From a virus, in the IMG/VR virus record IMGVR_UViG_3300034198_015644, positions 1 to 64,000 of that record: DNA of 64,000 nucleotides, one strand, 5' to 3'. Within the stretch, counting starts at the first letter, position 1. Every line of letters starts with the position of its first letter. A model generated the notes under the pieces. The model did no database searches. It was not told where the DNA came from and saw only the letters and a list, made by a program, of their open reading frames with translations. This document shows, piece by piece, positions 59,067-64,000 of this stretch. The position numbers were made by a program, and so were the translations under genes.

Positions 59067-60947
59067 ATGCCTATTCCAGCACCATATAATCCTAAAAATT
59101 TACATTTATGGGTTGATAATGTTACTAGTTTGTTAACTAACAGTACCAATTTTTTCCAATTAATTGATAATAACTGTATTAACACATTCACTATGTATCA
59201 AATACCTACGATAACTTCGCAGGTACAATCTTTGGGAAATTTTATATGTGAGGCAAAAACAAATCATGGAGTCTGTAGTGTGGCAGGAATTATAAACCCA
59301 TACGATTGGACTCCTCCTCCGGCCGGTACAAGAAACGTTCAATCTATTGTCAATTACAATAATAACCCAATTACACAGGCAAATTCATGTCGTAGAATTG
59401 ATTATCTCACAATTGAGAGTGAGTTTTGGAATATAGACGATCCCGCAATAAATCCTGTAGTTTCTAATGGTTGTACCATAAATATAGCTGCTAACTCATC
59501 AACAGGTACAGTTTCAGGTTGTTTAGGAGGAGTAACCGCAGGTATGATAATAAAAGTTTCTGTTGGGGCGACTTTTGTTTATAGACAAATAATTGGTATT
59601 AGTGGTAATATTGTAACATTTGATAGAGTTTTTGATCCAATTAACGCGTACTTAGCTGCACCATTTACAGTAATTAACAACCAAACCTTCTATGGAATTG
59701 ATTTTGAAACACTATTATATAGGATAAAATATAATATACGACCTATGGCAATTGCAAATAACTTATTGCCATTAGAAATATATGTTTCAAGAGCTTTAAC
59801 CAGCGATCAATTTGAAAGACTAATACCACACGTTGATAGATTATTAATTGAGGTAGATTATAATCAATTAAGTTATCCTAGATACAACGATAACGATGTA
59901 ACTAATCCCTCATGGTCAACTAACACTATTAAAAACGCTCTAAGTCTTTGTAGCGTCATTAGAACGGGTACAATTTCAATTGCACAAAATAGTAATATTG
60001 TAACAGGTAGTGGAACTTTATTTACAAGAGATTTGGGTGAACAATCACAAATAATTGTAAATGGAAACCAAATTTATACAATTGCCACAATAATTTCAGA
60101 TACTCAGGCAACAATTGTTGGTACTTCCCCAATCAATATAACTGCAGGTAGCACATACGCATCTTATTTTGATTACATGCCAATTTTTTATACATTACCA
60201 GCTGGGGCATTTGGTACTCCTCTTAGGAGACAATGGATGTTAAACCCTTCACCAAAAAGTTATGCGGATGTATATAGATTCCATTCTCAAAACGCCTATA
60301 CTGCAGGTGGATCAATACAGGTAGGAAATACCCCTATTGCATTTAACAACGAAACAGATCCATATATTGTTGATTCAGTTTCATTAGTTGGTTTATCGTT
60401 ATTTGTTTGGTCTTCTGTTAGTAATTTATCTCCTGTTGCACCACCAGATTATCCTTGTCCACCTTGTAGTGGAGAAACCATAATAGGGTGCGAGGTTACC
60501 GCAATCACAACCTCAAATTGTTTAATCGCAACATATACTAATCCAGCTTGTGATGGTGTTTGTGATGGCACTATAAGTGCGTCTACAACATATGGAATTG
60601 CGCCATTTACTTATTATATAACAGGAATAACTAATTCAATAACTTATGTAAGTAGTACAGGTTTTTTCAGCGGATTATGTGAAGACACTTATATTTTATG
60701 TGTTACAGATTCTGCATCAAATACCGAATGTTATTATCAAAATATAGAATTAGTAAATACATTTTATGCATCTATAAATTCATTTTTAAATGGTTTTTGT
60801 GTTACAATAAGTGGAGGTACAGGAATTTATTATGTATACAAGGATAATCAAGTTTTGCCTTGGGATTATAATAATACTACAAATTGTTATAGTGCGGATT
60901 GTTCCACACTTTCAGTAATAACAGTAAGAGATACTAGCACATTATAA
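59067..60947 (+). CDS. Fibre subunit paralogous to the N-terminus of the giant protein, plus one stalk unit
   Basis: Shared HLWVD/HLFVD, INPYD/VNPYD, TIESEFWN/TIENEFWN, IDFET, DRLLIEVDY/DRILIEADY, KSYADV motifs. Confidence 0.8.
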   Translation: MPIPAPYNPKNLHLWVDNVTSLLTNSTNFFQLIDNNCINTFTMYQIPTITSQVQSLGNFICEAKTNHGVCSVAGIINPYDWTPPPAGTRNVQSIVNYNNNPITQANSCRRIDYLTIESEFWNIDDPAINPVVSNGCTINIAANSSTGTVSGCLGGVTAGMIIKVSVGATFVYRQIIGISGNIVTFDRVFDPINAYLAAPFTVINNQTFYGIDFETLLYRIKYNIRPMAIANNLLPLEIYVSRALTSDQFERLIPHVDRLLIEVDYNQLSYPRYNDNDVTNPSWSTNTIKNALSLCSVIRTGTISIAQNSNIVTGSGTLFTRDLGEQSQIIVNGNQIYTIATIISDTQATIVGTSPINITAGSTYASYFDYMPIFYTLPAGAFGTPLRRQWMLNPSPKSYADVYRFHSQNAYTAGGSIQVGNTPIAFNNETDPYIVDSVSLVGLSLFVWSSVSNLSPVAPPDYPCPPCSGETIIGCEVTAITTSNCLIATYTNPACDGVCDGTISASTTYGIAPFTYYITGITNSITYVSSTGFFSGLCEDTYILCVTDSASNTECYYQNIELVNTFYASINSFLNGFCVTISGGTGIYYVYKDNQVLPWDYNNTTNCYSADCSTLSVITVRDTSTL

Positions 60948-60948
60948 A

Positions 60949-63900
60949 ATGCCATATATTTTTAACGACAAATATTATAAAATAATACATAAAATAGGAC
61001 TTAATAATCTTAGTCAACAATCAAATAGTTCATTAATTATACCTAACTCCTTTCTAAATAATTTATTTTATGCAACAACGGAGGAAACGAGCTTAGTAGG
61101 TTCCAATTTTCGAGGTACTATATATAGAGCTGATGCGGATGGTAACGTTTTTGATGTTTTGTATCTTTTTTCGGGATTAACTCAACCACTCACACTATTT
61201 AAAGACGGTGATGGAGATCGACCAATCGGATCATTAATCGAAGCACCAAATGGGTTGTTGTATGGAACAACTGATGGTGGCGGGGTTTGGACTAATAGTA
61301 GTCAAACTCCTATTTATGGAAATGGTATATTATTTAGCTATGACCCTTTGGGTAATACATACAATATTTTATATAGATTTTCGGGTATAACAAATTTTGA
61401 TCCGATACCTTCTTTAACGGATGGTGGTAGGCCACAAGCAAATTTAAAAGTAATTTCAGGTACAACAATATTTGGTACAACTTGTGCCGGAGGTTATAAC
61501 CCTATAGGTGGGGGAACTGAATTAGGGTCTATTTGGAAATTTGATACGTCAACTAATACATATTCAATTTTACACCATATTACTGCATCTACGGAAGGAA
61601 GAAAAGTAACTGAACTTATTTTGGCTAATGATGATAATTTATATTTTACAACCAAATTTGATGGTGCGGGTTTTCCATGGCCTGCTGGAGGATCATTAGT
61701 TAAATTAGATCTAAATGGGAATAGTACAGTAATACATCAGTTTACCAATACTCCTGATGGGGCAGATCCTTCCGCATCATTATTACAGGCATCAAATAAT
61801 TTAATTTATGGTACAACTACTCAAGGAGGAACAGGAGGATATGGGACAATATATACGTGTGATACTTCAGGTAATTACGGAATCATATATAATTTTTTAG
61901 GTGGAATTAATGGACAAAATCCATCAGGATCTTTATATGAATATAGCCCTGGATTATTTTATGGTATGGCATATGGTGGGGGTAATTTTAATTTAGGTGT
62001 TATTTATAGTTCAGATACTTTTGGAAATGTAGGAGTAATTCACCATTTTGGATCTTTTTATCTAGATGGAGAATCTAATTATCGACAAATTACTAATCTT
62101 AGTACAGGAGTTAATGGATCTCTTTTTGGTGTTACAAACGGTGGAGGAATAGGAAGCGGGACAATTTATACTTGGATTGATACTTGTAGTTTTATTTATT
62201 CCAGAAGCGGAACAACATTAAATTATTTCGATCCAAATCATATTGAATATTCGTATTATTTTGAAACTATAAGTCCATCAAATATAAGAGTAGCATTTGC
62301 ATGTAGAAATAATAATCTTTTTTGGAGAAAAATTACCACATCATTTAATGTTATAGATGAATTTACGTTAGGAAATTTTTTAGACGAAGCGCCCGTCATA
62401 AATAGAAATATATTTTTACCTCCAGCAGCATTTAAAGGAATGGCATATGCCGGACCAAATCAACTCTTTGTAAACAATAGAACTTCACAAAGAGTTGAAT
62501 TATATGATATAACAAATACAAGTGCAACATTAATAACTCCAGTATTTTCACTACCTATAACACATCAGTTTAGTATAGGAAATTATACAGATTCTTTGTA
62601 TGTAAATAACACTCAAACAGTATTTTATATTAATTTTAATAATACATTTACATCGTTTGATTCTAGTGGACAAATTTTAAATGACGGGGCACCACCTTTA
62701 GGTAATGTAGTTAGTATGTATGTACATAATGGTGATATATACACTACTACTGACAATAATTTAATTTATCTTACCGAACCTTCCGCACCAAGTGGATGGA
62801 CTTTTACCTTGATAGGTAATACACCATATAACGAACCAATGTATGCAATCGCACAAGATAATATTTCTGAATGTCTATTATCAATCCCAACGGTAGATTA
62901 TTCTTGTGTAACTTTATTTGTACGTTATGCGGATGATTTTTATATTTATGAACTTGACCCCAATAATCCCGATATTTTAAATTATAGATTTAAGCCTTTT
63001 TATGCGACAACTCAATTAGCGACAAACGGAATTTATCTTTGGGCACATAGAAGTACAGTTCCTTCATCATTTATTGATGTGTATGATTTGGCCGCATCGT
63101 ATGCTACTCTTAATGGGGTATTAGTACCAAGTATGCAAATTACTGTTCCAATTAACACTAGACTTGGTGGAATTTTTTATATATCACCTAACCAATTATA
63201 TGTAGTTAATGAAACTTTAAATACGGTAGAATTGTGGGACATATCAACACCACCTACACCTATAATAACAACAGTATTTAATATACCCGCACCATATTCG
63301 CCAGTAATACTTAACTCTTCCTATAATTCTTTATATGTTGATTTAAATAATAATATATTTTATTTGACAACTTTTACTGATTTTGTTTCATTTAGTGTAA
63401 CACCTGGCAACCCTAATCCAACTGTTTTAAATACCTCATCAAGTACAATTCTCCCAAATGGGCATCAAATAATTAACATGTATTTGGATAATGGACAAAT
63501 ATATGTTACAACTCAACAAGGGTATATATATTTGGCACAACCGGCGGTGGGAGGAGGATGGACTTTTATACAACAAACATTTATACCTAGACCAACAAGA
63601 TTTGGTGTGACACAAACTTATGCAGAAGATTGTGTAGGTACTGTTCCACCCACACCTTTAACAGGTTGTGTTATCACAGGATTAACAGTAACAGGTTGTT
63701 CTGATTTTGTTATAGTAAGTGGGGATAGTCAAGACATAACATGTTTACATGATGGTAGTGTATCAATTCAAATATCAGGAGGATGCCCAAATTATACATA
63801 TACATTATACCACCCAAATATAAGTACACAAGTAAATCAAGTAGTAACACCTAACAAAAATTGGACTTTTACAGGATTAACTGATCCGGGAAATTACTAT

Positions 63901-64000
63901 GTATCTATAAGTGGATGTAGTGGGGCGACGTTAGTGACATTAAGTCCATTTACAATTTTAGATAACAATACTTTTTATAATAACATCTTCCAATTAAACA
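60949..64000 (+). CDS. Third fibre/adhesin protein (partial, runs off the window): GloVer propeller, two further propeller-like repeats, then stalk modules; not in the ORF track
   Basis: ATG 1 nt after the upstream TAA; MPYIFNDKYYKIIHKIG...RPIGSLIEAPNGLLYGTTDGGG...; no stop seen in the portions read to 64000. Confidence 0.8.
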   Translation, partial: MPYIFNDKYYKIIHKIGLNNLSQQSNSSLIIPNSFLNNLFYATTEETSLVGSNFRGTIYRADADGNVFDVLYLFSGLTQPLTLFKDGDGDRPIGSLIEAPNGLLYGTTDGGGVWTNSSQTPIYGNGILFSYDPLGNTYNILYRFSGITNFDPIPSLTDGGRPQANLKVISGTTIFGTTCAGGYNPIGGGTELGSIWKFDTSTNTYSILHHITASTEGRKVTELILANDDNLYFTTKFDGAGFPWPAGGSLVKLDLNGNSTVIHQFTNTPDGADPSASLLQASNNLIYGTTTQGGTGGYGTIYTCDTSGNYGIIYNFLGGINGQNPSGSLYEYSPGLFYGMAYGGGNFNLGVIYSSDTFGNVGVIHHFGSFYLDGESNYRQITNLSTGVNGSLFGVTNGGGIGSGTIYTWIDTCSFIYSRSGTTLNYFDPNHIEYSYYFETISPSNIRVAFACRNNNLFWRKITTSFNVIDEFTLGNFLDEAPVINRNIFLPPAAFKGMAYAGPNQLFVNNRTSQRVELYDITNTSATLITPVFSLPITHQFSIGNYTDSLYVNNTQTVFYINFNNTFTSFDSSGQILNDGAPPLGNVVSMYVHNGDIYTTTDNNLIYLTEPSAPSGWTFTLIGNTPYNEPMYAIAQDNISECLLSIPTVDYSCVTLFVRYADDFYIYELDPNNPDILNYRFKPFYATTQLATNGIYLWAHRSTVPSSFIDVYDLAASYATLNGVLVPSMQITVPINTRLGGIFYISPNQLYVVNETLNTVELWDISTPPTPIITTVFNIPAPYSPVILNSSYNSLYVDLNNNIFYLTTFTDFVSFSVTPGNPNPTVLNTSSSTILPNGHQIINMYLDNGQIYVTTQQGYIYLAQPAVGGGWTFIQQTFIPRPTRFGVTQTYAEDCVGTVPPTPLTGCVITGLTVTGCSDFVIVSGDSQDITCLHDGSVSIQISGGCPNYTYTLYHPNISTQVNQVVTPNKNWTFTGLTDPGNYYVSISGCSGATLVTLSPFTILDNNTFYNNIFQLN

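Noticed and set aside
925-59342. Many short minus-strand and nested ORFs in the ORF track (e.g. 925..1119, 2332..2706, 27450..27881, 33716..33970, 55848..56036)
   Set aside because: They overlap long, motif-bearing + strand genes and show no motifs or expression signals; shadow ORFs
60940-60955. Split between 59067..60947 and 60949.. as a sequencing frameshift or pseudogene
   Set aside because: Clean TAA-A-ATG coupling, and the same split position recurs at 58924 where a real intergenic region exists; a low-level +1 fusion cannot be excluded
1-64000. Stop-codon reassignment as in some jumbo phages
   Set aside because: Genes are full length in code 11, and TGA (15786) and TAG (21969) appear to act as stops at sensible gene ends
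1-64000. tRNA, rRNA or self-splicing introns
   Set aside because: No cloverleaf or rRNA-like GC-rich segment seen, intergenic gaps are short and AT-rich, and core genes are uninterrupted apart from the intein

Overview
AT-rich 64-kb segment of a large (jumbo-type) contractile-tailed myophage, almost entirely + strand and read in standard code 11. The host is probably Bacteroidota (TAnnTTTG promoters, A-rich leaders without Shine-Dalgarno, SprB-like domains). Gene order: tail sheath, candidate capsid-internal proteins, tail tube, tail/baseplate assembly chaperone with a probable programmed frameshift, tape measure, and baseplate hub genes (OmpA-like, LysM/gp53-like, M23-like). A replication block follows (gp32-like SSB, UvsX/RecA, RNase H/5'-3' exonuclease, DnaB/gp41 helicase, class II ribonucleotide reductase with a LAGLIDADG intein). 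Then come gp25/gp6-like wedge genes, several structural genes, an orphan nucleotidyltransferase and three Cys-rich fibre/adhesin genes (4101 aa, 626 aa, >1000 aa running off the end). The most novel-looking signal is in the fibre cluster. A repeated stalk module carries interchangeable cargo domains in one fixed loop. The first two proteins stop exactly at that loop, lacking the closing C-x9-C strand, and the next gene's product carries an orphan C-x9-C strand. This suggests a head-to-tail, strand-complemented multi-protein fibre. All family assignments come from motif recognition by eye; no searches were run.
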